Source: a bacterium
Lineage (GTDB): Bacteria; Patescibacteriota; Saccharimonadia; CAILAD01; JADZBC01
Length of the DNA stretch: 64,000 nucleotides
Assembly (NCBI GenBank): GCA_020852295.1
Contig: JADZBC010000009.1
Span: forward strand, 286,435-350,434
Reading direction: 5' to 3'
Positions 29,354 through 40,597 of this stretch are shown here, in pieces (within the stretch, counting starts at the first letter, position 1; every line of letters begins with the position of its first letter). Under the pieces are notes generated by a model. The model had not been told where the DNA came from, did not search any database, and saw only the letters and a program-made list of their open reading frames with translations. The translations under genes were made by a program, and so were the position numbers.

Positions 29354-29965
29354 ATGACGTCACAAGATATTGATTCTCAAAATAATCATCCGGGCTCTCG
29401 TCGTAATGCTCGGCCTAAGCTATTAATTGTACTTGCGATAATATTGCTTACGGCAGGGGCGTATTTATTGTTGTTGGTACTGTCTCCCTCGTTGAAATCC
29501 TTTCTTCCCATTGGCAAGAGTTCGATCGACCTCAATCTCGCTGATGATGCGAACGACAGTCGAGATCGCATTCAGATAGAAAAAATAAATCTTGAAGTAC
29601 CATTTGGTCCGGGCGGCAATGAGCAGCTTGAAAAAGGTGCCTGGCACCGATATCCAGAAAGGGGTAATCCTGAGAAAGGAGGGAATTTTATCATCAGTGC
29701 ACACCGATTCCGAATAGGCACAACTCCAGGTCAGACCAAAAACACTTCACCTTTTTATAATATTGGGAGGCTCGCTGTCGGAGACAGTATGCGAGTCTAC
29801 TACCGAGGGAAATGGTACGACTATGTGATCACAAAGAAATATCAAGTTAAGCCAGATGCTGTCTATATAGAGGCGCCGAGCAAGGAGGCGAAGCTAACGC
29901 TATATAGCTGCACACTCGCCGGCTCAGCCGATGGTCGCGATGTTATTGAAGCCAAGCTCAAGTAG
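29354..29965 (+). CDS. sortase (transpeptidase)
   Basis: N-terminal TM anchor; catalytic His in FIISAHR, Cys in LTLYSCT (sortase TLxTC motif) and a conserved Arg downstream. Confidence 0.7.
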   Translation: MTSQDIDSQNNHPGSRRNARPKLLIVLAIILLTAGAYLLLLVLSPSLKSFLPIGKSSIDLNLADDANDSRDRIQIEKINLEVPFGPGGNEQLEKGAWHRYPERGNPEKGGNFIISAHRFRIGTTPGQTKNTSPFYNIGRLAVGDSMRVYYRGKWYDYVITKKYQVKPDAVYIEAPSKEAKLTLYSCTLAGSADGRDVIEAKLK

Positions 29966-30015
29966 CTTTACAAAATCACTGATTCCTTGTACTATTACGT
30001 AGTTATTAACGCTTT

Positions 30016-30092
<77 letters not shown>

Positions 30093-30093
30093 T

Positions 30094-30122
30094 AGAAGAC
30101 CTTGGAAATTGGGTCTTTTTTG
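30094..30122 (+). terminator. rho-independent terminator after tRNA-Val
   Basis: AGAAGACC ... GGTCTTTTTT hairpin followed by a T-run. Confidence 0.55.
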
Positions 30123-30163
30123 TTTGCTCCGCTTCGGTTGCTCCTGTAGACTACAATGTAGTT

Positions 30164-32533
30164 ATGGTTATTACGAACTTGATAAATAGGTACCTCATGG
30201 CTAGCGTGCTGGCCATTTTTACGCTTGCATTTTTCTACCCGAGCCTACGTGCATTACCGGTAAGCGCTGCCGATAATAATTTCGCTGACGGCATAACGGT
30301 GGACAGTACTGGCGACGGAGCGGATGCAAATATCGCTGACTCGATTTGCGATGACGGCTCCGGTAACTGTACGCTACGCGCTGCCATAGAAGAGGCCAAT
30401 GACACCCCGGGCACGCAAACTATCCGGTTTAATATTACAGGCCTAGCTGATTTTACAAACGCCGGACAGAATGGCTATGCTATTCGGCCAATAAGCGCAT
30501 TGCCGGTTATCACAGATAGTACAATTATTGACGGGTATACCCAGGCAGGAGCGACGCCAAATGCGACTGTCTCACCTCAGCCGTTTGATGCAATATTGCT
30601 TGTCGAATTGGACGGACAGAATGCAGGCGGAAATGGCATCCTCGGCGATCCCTCTAATGTTGCAGGTTTACAATTTGGCCCAGGTTCTCAGAACAGTTTA
30701 GTGCGCGGTTTGGTGATTAATGAATTTACCGGTGCCGGATTATCGGTAGGCATAGGCGCGGATAATATCGAAATATACGGCAATTATATCGGAACAGATT
30801 ATTTAGGCTTGGTGGCCGAACCAAATAACGGTCAGGGAATTACAGTCTTTGGACCCACGAGTACCACGGGTGGACCGGTGAATGGTCGTATAGGCGGCTC
30901 TGCTGCTGAAGAGCGGAATATAATTTCTGGTAACGACTCTGGATCGAATGACCCCAATCGGGTCATTGGCGTTCAGGGGATATCTATGACGAGCAGTTCG
31001 GCAGGATGGACTATCCAGGGTAACTATATTGGCTTGGGTTCGGATGGAGTGTCTAATCTCGGCAATGAGCTTGGAGGCATGACAATCGATTACGTCCAGG
31101 ATCTTTTAGTAGGTGGAGGTGGTCAGGGTGAGGGGACCGTTGTTTCGGGTAATGGTGATGGTGGAATTCAGCCAGACGGCTCCGATAACATTGTGATCCA
31201 GGGCAACTACATAGGCACTGATTACACAGGAACGAGCCCACTCCCAAACTATAGTAAGGGTATATCATTTTTGGGAACAACCAATAGCCTGGTTGGTGGT
31301 GACAATAGTGGGGAGGGTAATATTATTGCAAATGCAGGAAATACATCACCAGGTATATTTTTAAATGATGGCAATGGGGTTGCAGGCCCCCTCGGCGACT
31401 CTCAAGACATTGCGATACTCGGCAACTCGATATACGACAATTCCGACATCGGTATTGATTTAGGCTTTGACGGCGTCACGTCAAATGATACAAATGACAG
31501 TGACGTCGGATCCAACAACTCCATGAACTTTCCGGTATACACTCGCGTTGCTGAGTCTGGTGGCGATACTGTTGTTGATTATCGGCTGGATGTACCGGCT
31601 GGAGATTATCGTATAGAGTTTTTCAGTAATTTGATCGCCGACCCATCAGGATATGGTGAGGGTGAGATCTTTCTGGGTTACCAAAATATTAGCCACCCCG
31701 GCGGGGGGAATGTAAATTTCTCTCACACCCTGATCGCTACGACCGGCATTACTAATCTGGCGATGACCACGACGCAGCGAAACGTCGCCACAGCTTCTGG
31801 GTTTGGTGCAACTAGTGAATTTTCTAGTAATGGCACCTCTCAGCCAGTAGCCGACTTCGGGGTAGAGAAGGTGTTGTTAAATCCCCAGGATGTCGCGATT
31901 GGCGCTACGATTGGCTATCGGGTGACGGTGCGCAACGTTGTCGGCGATCCGATTGATTTGGCTGCATTTGATGGGGGAGTATTTGGCAGCACAAACTTGC
32001 TGACCGATATCATGTCGCCGGACATCACTTATGCTGGGGGTGTGAGTGATGCAAATATTGATTGTCAATCTGCCGGTCCTGGCTCGGCTAGCATTTTTGG
32101 CCCTGCTATGGCAAACCATTCTGAATTTGAAATTCTCCTCTGCTCATGGGTCGGCGCAAGTCATGTGCTGAGTCCCGGAGAATCTTTTAGCTTTACCTAT
32201 AACGTCACCGTGCAGCCGAACAGCGACTTAATCTTCGATAACTATGCAATAATTCCACCAACACCGTCCGACGACCCTGATACAGCTGCGCTTGGGGCAA
32301 TCTATCTATCGGGCAGTGATATCATTGATAGCTTGCTCACAAATGGCACGATCAATAATTTCGCAGCCAGTCATTACCCTATTGTCGTTCAGTCAACAGA
32401 GTTGAATGGCGTAACGCTGCCTTCGACTGGGGAAAACGATAGTCTTTATCGACTACTGGCGTACAGTGCTGTTGGATTAGGGATGCTGCTACTGGCTATA
32501 TTTTGCCTTGACAAGCACAAGCGTCATCGCTAA
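30164..32533 (+). CDS. LPXTG-anchored surface protein with right-handed beta-helix (PbH1-like) repeats and a DUF11/CARDB-like domain
   Basis: Signal peptide (alternative start MASVLA at 30197); repeated NxxIxGNYIGTDYxG units; C-terminal LPSTG, then a hydrophobic stretch and KHKRHR, which is a canonical sortase sorting signal. Confidence 0.75.
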   Translation: MVITNLINRYLMASVLAIFTLAFFYPSLRALPVSAADNNFADGITVDSTGDGADANIADSICDDGSGNCTLRAAIEEANDTPGTQTIRFNITGLADFTNAGQNGYAIRPISALPVITDSTIIDGYTQAGATPNATVSPQPFDAILLVELDGQNAGGNGILGDPSNVAGLQFGPGSQNSLVRGLVINEFTGAGLSVGIGADNIEIYGNYIGTDYLGLVAEPNNGQGITVFGPTSTTGGPVNGRIGGSAAEERNIISGNDSGSNDPNRVIGVQGISMTSSSAGWTIQGNYIGLGSDGVSNLGNELGGMTIDYVQDLLVGGGGQGEGTVVSGNGDGGIQPDGSDNIVIQGNYIGTDYTGTSPLPNYSKGISFLGTTNSLVGGDNSGEGNIIANAGNTSPGIFLNDGNGVAGPLGDSQDIAILGNSIYDNSDIGIDLGFDGVTSNDTNDSDVGSNNSMNFPVYTRVAESGGDTVVDYRLDVPAGDYRIEFFSNLIADPSGYGEGEIFLGYQNISHPGGGNVNFSHTLIATTGITNLAMTTTQRNVATASGFGATSEFSSNGTSQPVADFGVEKVLLNPQDVAIGATIGYRVTVRNVVGDPIDLAAFDGGVFGSTNLLTDIMSPDITYAGGVSDANIDCQSAGPGSASIFGPAMANHSEFEILLCSWVGASHVLSPGESFSFTYNVTVQPNSDLIFDNYAIIPPTPSDDPDTAALGAIYLSGSDIIDSLLTNGTINNFAASHYPIVVQSTELNGVTLPSTGENDSLYRLLAYSAVGLGMLLLAIFCLDKHKRHR

Positions 32534-32815
32534 GCTGGATATAGAAGATAAGGAATAAAATGGCTAAAAAAGCAGCAAAATCTAAGTCAAAAATCGCACT
32601 ACTTGATGCCAAAAATGTACCTTTCAAGGGGCCATTTCTGGTGTTAGTTGTACTCATGTTCTTGGCGGTCGGCGTATTCTTCGTCGTCAGCACATTCGCG
32701 GCCACCGTCGGCTCATACTAATATCCATTAAGGGGCATATCATCGGCCCCTTTTTGTGTGCATATTTATTCCATAAGGGGTATAATATGCTCAGTTAGAC
32801 AAGGAGAATCGTTTA

Positions 32816-33397
32816 GTGAATATCTTATTTATTGTGTTAGCAATTGTAGTCGTGGTCGTTTTATGGCTGTGGCTGACCTACAACGGCTTGATTCGGGGCA
32901 AGATTCGCACCGATGAGGCCCTTAGTGACATTACAGTACAGACCAAGCGTCGATTTGACCTGATACCAAACATTATTGAGACCGTGAAGGGTTATGCCAA
33001 GCAAGAAAAGTCAGTGCTTGAGAACGTAACTAAGGCCCGTACGGCCGCCATGGCCGCACCCGAGGGGGATCTAAAGGCTCAGGCCGAAGCGGAAAACATG
33101 CTCTCAGGTACACTCAAGACGCTCTTTGCGGTGAGTGAAAACTATCCAGACCTGAAGTCAAACCAGAACTTTTTACAGTTACAGCAAGAACTCGTTGACA
33201 CTGAAGACAAGATTCAGGCTGCACGCCGTTTCTACAATGGCAATGTTCGCGACTTCAACATCAAATTGCAGGTTTTCCCAACCAATATGATTGGTGGCAT
33301 GCTCGGTTTCAAGCCGCGTGATCTCTACGACGTCGCAGCCGAAGAGAAAGCTGCAGTTGAAAAGCCAGTTGCAGTTAGCTTCGAAGACAAAAAATAG
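32816..33397 (+). CDS. lemA: LemA family membrane protein
   Basis: GTG start with an AAGGAG Shine-Dalgarno; N-terminal TM helix and LemA motifs (YNGLI...FDLIPNIIETVKGYA...ENYPDLKSN...FYNG). Confidence 0.8.
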   Translation: MNILFIVLAIVVVVVLWLWLTYNGLIRGKIRTDEALSDITVQTKRRFDLIPNIIETVKGYAKQEKSVLENVTKARTAAMAAPEGDLKAQAEAENMLSGTLKTLFAVSENYPDLKSNQNFLQLQQELVDTEDKIQAARRFYNGNVRDFNIKLQVFPTNMIGGMLGFKPRDLYDVAAEEKAAVEKPVAVSFEDKK

Positions 33398-33420
33398 ACT
33401 TTTACAGATAAGCGAACGAC

Positions 33421-33458
33421 GGACCCGTGCCGATGGCACAGGTCCGTTGTCGTTTGTA
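33421..33458 (+). terminator. hairpin terminator after lemA
   Basis: CGGACCCGTGCC-GAT-GGCACAGGTCCG 12-bp stem followed by a T-rich tract. Confidence 0.5.
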
Positions 33459-33471
33459 TGGTTGCGTACGA

Positions 33472-33786
33472 CTAGACGCGTTGGCGTTCGGACAGGCGAC
33501 GGGGACGCGGATCCTCGATGCGAACCCACTTCTTGCCTGTCAGGCCATGTGGTTGCTCTTGCTCGAAGATCAACAGCTCTTGTTCGCCGACGGCCAATGC
33601 ACGCTGCCGGCGCGCCGTCTCAAGATGAGCTTCAAGCAGATCAGTCAGATGCTGGACGCTGTAGTACGTGCCGATCGGCTGATGCCAGTCGCGTCGCTTG
33701 CCCATACGATCGGTCGTGCCAGCACGCAGTACTCGGTACATGTCTACTCCCAGATCTGTCACCCAGCCGCAGCTGGATTTCCTCAC
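33472..33786 (-). CDS. hypothetical protein or gene fragment in a ~60% GC islet (GTG start; a better internal ATG with GGGAG at 33741)
   Basis: Charged, protein-like ORF with high GC3. The plus-strand ORFs over the same islet look like GC-driven artefacts. No recognisable family. Confidence 0.3.
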   Translation of the reverse strand: MRKSSCGWVTDLGVDMYRVLRAGTTDRMGKRRDWHQPIGTYYSVQHLTDLLEAHLETARRQRALAVGEQELLIFEQEQPHGLTGKKWVRIEDPRPRRLSERQRV

Positions 33787-33868
33787 ACGATGTGATTGGT
33801 CTCATCTAATCACAATACGACGCATTATAACAAGGTTTTTCTCAGGAACTTTCAGGTATAATAATGCT

Positions 33869-34781
33869 ATGTATACAGAGATAAGTAAGAACAAGCGCAA
33901 TTCAATCTTGTTGATGCTTGTATTTATGATGGTCGTGATAGCGCTCGGCTGGGTATTTTCACAAGCTCTTGGTGAGCCCGCGATTGTCTATGGGGCGACC
34001 GCCTTTGCACTGATTTACACCTGGATCAGCTATTACAATTCTGACAAAATGGCCCTGGCAGCAAGTCATGCTCGAAGAGTTGAGAAAAAAGATGCGCCAG
34101 AACTCTATCGTTTGGTGGAAAATCTTGCAATCACCGCCGGACTGCCAACGCCGAAGATATATATTATTGACGATACTGCGCCGAATGCATTTGCGACTGG
34201 TCGCGATCCTGAGCATGCGGTCATCTGTGTCACCACTGGCATACTGCAAAAGCTCGATAAAGCTGAGCTAGAGGGCGTGATAGCCCATGAGTTAAGCCAC
34301 GTCGGCAACTATGATATCCGCTTTATGTCGTTGGTTGTCGTGCTTGTTGCGATTATTGCACTGATGTCCGATTGGTTTCTGCGCTTCACATTTTGGGGTG
34401 GTGGTGATAATGATCGTGACCGAGGTAACGGCCAGCTGCAAATGATCTTGATGGCAGCTGGAATTATTTTGGCAATCTTGGCGCCGATTATCGGTACGCT
34501 CATGCAGTTGGCACTGTCGCGAAAGCGTGAGTATTTAGCTGACGCCTCAGGTGCACTGCTCACTCGCCATCCGGCGGGGCTGGCAAGTGCTCTGCGCAAG
34601 ATTTCAGACGACGCCGAGCCACTCGAAGCTGCCAATAAAGCTACGGCCAATCTTTATATCGTTAATCCGTTTCGTGCTAATGTAAAAGTTGGTCGTGATG
34701 CGCGGCGTTGGTTTGCCAATCTGTATAGCACGCATCCGCCGATTGATGAACGTATAAAACGACTTGAGGAAATGAACACCC

Positions 34782-34789
<8 letters not shown>
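33869..34789 (+). CDS. htpX: zinc metalloprotease HtpX (peptidase M48)
   Basis: HELSHVGNYD HExxH motif; two N-terminal TM helices; TATAAT at 33857-33862 is 7 nt before the ATG, consistent with a leaderless transcript. Confidence 0.85.
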
Positions 34790-37605
<2,816 letters not shown>

Positions 37606-37642
37606 CTATGATGCTCAAAGATTTTGATGTAGCATAAGCAGT

Positions 37643-38353
37643 ATGAAAAACAAACAATCTGAAACTCTGTACTGCTTTTCACCGCCGGTCATGATCGTCA
37701 CTTTTTTGATCGAAATTGGGTTGGCAGCATACAGTGCCTGGCGCTTTCGACTGACCAAGCTCAACCGGCTCGCGATACTGACGTTAGTTTTACTGGCAAC
37801 CTTTCAGTTAGCTGAATTCAATATCTGTCAGGGTACTTTTCCTGGGCCCGACTGGGCGCGCCTTGGTTTTGTGGTGATCACGCTTTTGCCGCCCCTCGGC
37901 CTCCATATGGTCACTGCCATCACTGGCCGAAAACGGACCAACATACTTCTTTTGTCATATGTTCTCGCTGGTCTGTTTGTAACGTTTTTTGCTTTTTTTC
38001 CGAATTCTGTTTTTCATGAGCTCTGTGGCGGCAACTATATTATATTTCGACTTGATCTACTGGCTGGCCGCCTGTATGGCTTGTATTACTACGGCTTGCT
38101 TATCCTCTCTATTGGCTTGGCAGCCTACGAATATCGTCTCCCAAAGACAAAAGCACTGATCAAGCAGACATTACGCTGGCACATTTTGGGTATGCTCGTC
38201 TTTATGGTGCCAACTGCCATCGTCAATACGATCGATCCATCAACGATCGCTGGCATTCCATCGATCTTGTGCGGTTTTGCCGTACTTTATGCGCTCATAC
38301 TAGCGCTCGTAATTATTCCGGCCAATTCGCGCAAATCGCCGCGCTTGAGCTAA
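37643..38353 (+). CDS. hypothetical 7-TM membrane protein
   Basis: 236 aa with about 7 TM helices. Confidence 0.45.
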   Translation: MKNKQSETLYCFSPPVMIVTFLIEIGLAAYSAWRFRLTKLNRLAILTLVLLATFQLAEFNICQGTFPGPDWARLGFVVITLLPPLGLHMVTAITGRKRTNILLLSYVLAGLFVTFFAFFPNSVFHELCGGNYIIFRLDLLAGRLYGLYYYGLLILSIGLAAYEYRLPKTKALIKQTLRWHILGMLVFMVPTAIVNTIDPSTIAGIPSILCGFAVLYALILALVIIPANSRKSPRLS

Positions 38354-38379
38354 GCACGACAACAGATTAGAATAGGACT

Positions 38380-38673
38380 ATGTCAAAACTATCAAAAGAG
38401 GAGCTCGCAAATATTGCGACGCTGGCACGGCTTGGTTTGTCTGAGGATGAGCTTAATAGGCTTGGCGGCCAGGTCGGTAGTATTCTTGAGTTTGTTGAAC
38501 AGCTTCAAAAAATTGATGCCAGCGGGGTTAAGCAGACCAGCCAGGTGACCGGCTTGGTCGATGTTTGGCGTGAAGACGAGGTGGTACGCTGTGAGTTGAG
38601 TCGTGAGGAGCTACTCAAAAATGCACCAGCGACTGAAAAGGGCTATATCAAAGTAAAGCGAGTTTTGCAGTGA
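38380..38673 (+). CDS. gatC: Asp-tRNA(Asn)/Glu-tRNA(Gln) amidotransferase subunit C
   Basis: 97 aa; LARLGLSEDEL and the VDVWREDEV GatC motifs. Confidence 0.85.
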   Translation: MSKLSKEELANIATLARLGLSEDELNRLGGQVGSILEFVEQLQKIDASGVKQTSQVTGLVDVWREDEVVRCELSREELLKNAPATEKGYIKVKRVLQ

Positions 38674-40124
38674 GCGACCTGAGTTATCTTTCTATCGATC
38701 AGGCTCATGATTTGCTGGTACAGAAAAAAATAACTGCAGTTGAGCTGACTCAATATCACCTAGAGCGCATTCGACAGCTTGACGAGGTCTTGGAGCTTAC
38801 TTTGGAGATTTGCGAATCTAGTGCGCTTGCGCAAGCAGAAAAGGTTGATGCTAAGATTGCCGCCGGTGAGGCGATCGGTCTATTGGAAGGTATTCCATAT
38901 ACCGCCAAAGATATGTTCTTAACCGCTGGGATAAAAACAACCGCTGCGAGCAAGATTTTAGAAAAATTCGAGCCGCCGTTCTCGGCAACCGTCATCAAGA
39001 AACTTGATCAAGCTGGTGCAATCCTCATCGCCAAAGTAAATCATGATGAATTCGCCCACGGCACCACGACTGAAAATTCTGCCTATCGCGTGACGCGCAA
39101 CCCTTGGGATACCAATCGGGCACCTGGCGGAAGTTCAGGTGGCAGCGCTGCAGCAGTGGCGGCCGATGTCGGCATCTTTAGCATTGGTACTGATACTGGT
39201 GGTAGTATCCGTCAGCCAGCCGCATTTTGCGGCGTGACTGGACTCAAGCCAACGTATGGCCTCGTCAGTCGCTATGGGGTGGTGGCGATGGCAAGTAGCC
39301 TCGATACGATTGGGCCCGTGACGCGTAGTGCGCAGGATGCAGCCATTGTCCTGGCAGCTATTGCCGGACGCGATGTGGCTGATTCAACCACCATTCAAAT
39401 TGATGACTATGACTTTGTAAAAGGCAATGATTCTCTAGCTGGTAAAACGGTTGGTGTGATTAAGCAGTATATTGATGGGCTCGACGATGATAATCGACAG
39501 GTTTTTGATGCAGCTGTTGCACGTATGAAGGAGGCCGGTGCAAAGGTTCGTGAGATCGATATGCCAAACATTAGCTACAGCTTGCCGTGTTATTACATTG
39601 TTGTGCCGTCGGAAATTAGTTCGAATCTTAGCCGCTATGATGGTATCCGCTTTGGTTACTCTGATGAGACAGCTACCGATTTGCAGCAGACCTACCTCCG
39701 GTCGCGCGGGAAGGGATTTGGACCAGAGGCAAAGCGTCGCATTATGACCGGCACCTATGCGCTCTCGGCGGGATACTATGATGCCTATTACAAGAAGGCA
39801 ATGCAGGTTCGCACGCTTATAATCGAAGATTTTCGCCGAGCGCTTGATGAAGTTGATTTTTTAGTAGGCCCGACGTCGCCGACGCCGGCCGTGAAACTTG
39901 GTGAAAATGCCGAAGACCCGGTCGCGATGTACCTGCTGGATATCATGACCGTTGCGATCAATCTGGCTGGTGTACCTTCTGTTTCGGTACCGGCTGGTTT
40001 TGTCGACAACCTGCCAGTTGGCATGCAGATCATTGGCCGGCAGGGTGATGATGGCGATGTGCTGCGCGCCGCTCGCGCATTTCAGCAGGTTACTGATTGG
40101 CATGCGAAGAGGCCACAGCTATGA
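38670..40124 (+). CDS. gatA: Asp-tRNA(Asn)/Glu-tRNA(Gln) amidotransferase subunit A
   Basis: Amidase signature GGSSGGSAAAVAA; 4-nt overlap with gatC. Confidence 0.95.
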   Translation: MSDLSYLSIDQAHDLLVQKKITAVELTQYHLERIRQLDEVLELTLEICESSALAQAEKVDAKIAAGEAIGLLEGIPYTAKDMFLTAGIKTTAASKILEKFEPPFSATVIKKLDQAGAILIAKVNHDEFAHGTTTENSAYRVTRNPWDTNRAPGGSSGGSAAAVAADVGIFSIGTDTGGSIRQPAAFCGVTGLKPTYGLVSRYGVVAMASSLDTIGPVTRSAQDAAIVLAAIAGRDVADSTTIQIDDYDFVKGNDSLAGKTVGVIKQYIDGLDDDNRQVFDAAVARMKEAGAKVREIDMPNISYSLPCYYIVVPSEISSNLSRYDGIRFGYSDETATDLQQTYLRSRGKGFGPEAKRRIMTGTYALSAGYYDAYYKKAMQVRTLIIEDFRRALDEVDFLVGPTSPTPAVKLGENAEDPVAMYLLDIMTVAINLAGVPSVSVPAGFVDNLPVGMQIIGRQGDDGDVLRAARAFQQVTDWHAKRPQL

Positions 40125-40597
40125 ATCTCGCAGTGACACTTTTGATATTGGTTTTGGCTGCCGGCCTGCTACTGCTTGGTTTTATTGTGATGTTTGATGC
40201 GCGCGGTGGGGTCAATGCTGTGGCCGGGATGAAAAAGCGCCCGAAAAAGAATGTAGTGTATACCGAACGGTTTGATATCGATATTGTGCGGCAGCGCTGG
40301 TCGGAGATAAATGCCAGTATGCATACTCCATCCGGCTTAAAGCACGCCGTTGTTGAGGCCGACAAATTGCTCGATCACGTCCTCAAAGCCAAGGGCTACC
40401 ATGGTGAAACGATGGCAGATCGCATGAAGAAGGCTCAGAATCAGTTTAGCCGCCGCGAGGCAGTTTGGGCGGCCCACAAGCTGCGTAACCAGATGGTGCA
40501 TGAAGTGAACCATGATCTTGTTCCTGCTCAGGTCCACGCGGCCGTGAAAGACCTTGGTCAAGCGATAATCGATCTAGGAGTGAGGCTTTATGACTAA
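40121..40597 (+). CDS. membrane-anchored HEPN-domain protein (HepT/DUF86-like) inserted between gatA and gatB
   Basis: N-terminal TM helix (LAVTLLILVLAAGLLLLGFIV), then a C-terminal W-x5-RN-x3-HE motif (VWAAHKLRNQMVHEVNHDL) matching the HepT HEPN Rx4-6H RNase motif; ATGA overlap with gatA and an 8-nt overlap with gatB. Confidence 0.5.
   Translation: MNLAVTLLILVLAAGLLLLGFIVMFDARGGVNAVAGMKKRPKKNVVYTERFDIDIVRQRWSEINASMHTPSGLKHAVVEADKLLDHVLKAKGYHGETMADRMKKAQNQFSRREAVWAAHKLRNQMVHEVNHDLVPAQVHAAVKDLGQAIIDLGVRLYD

Noticed and set aside
33291-33809. Overlapping plus-strand ORFs of 172 and 122 aa across the GC-rich islet
   Set aside because: High GC suppresses stop codons in all frames. These ORFs have Cys/Arg-rich, non-protein-like composition, so the minus-strand ORF was preferred, itself only at low confidence.
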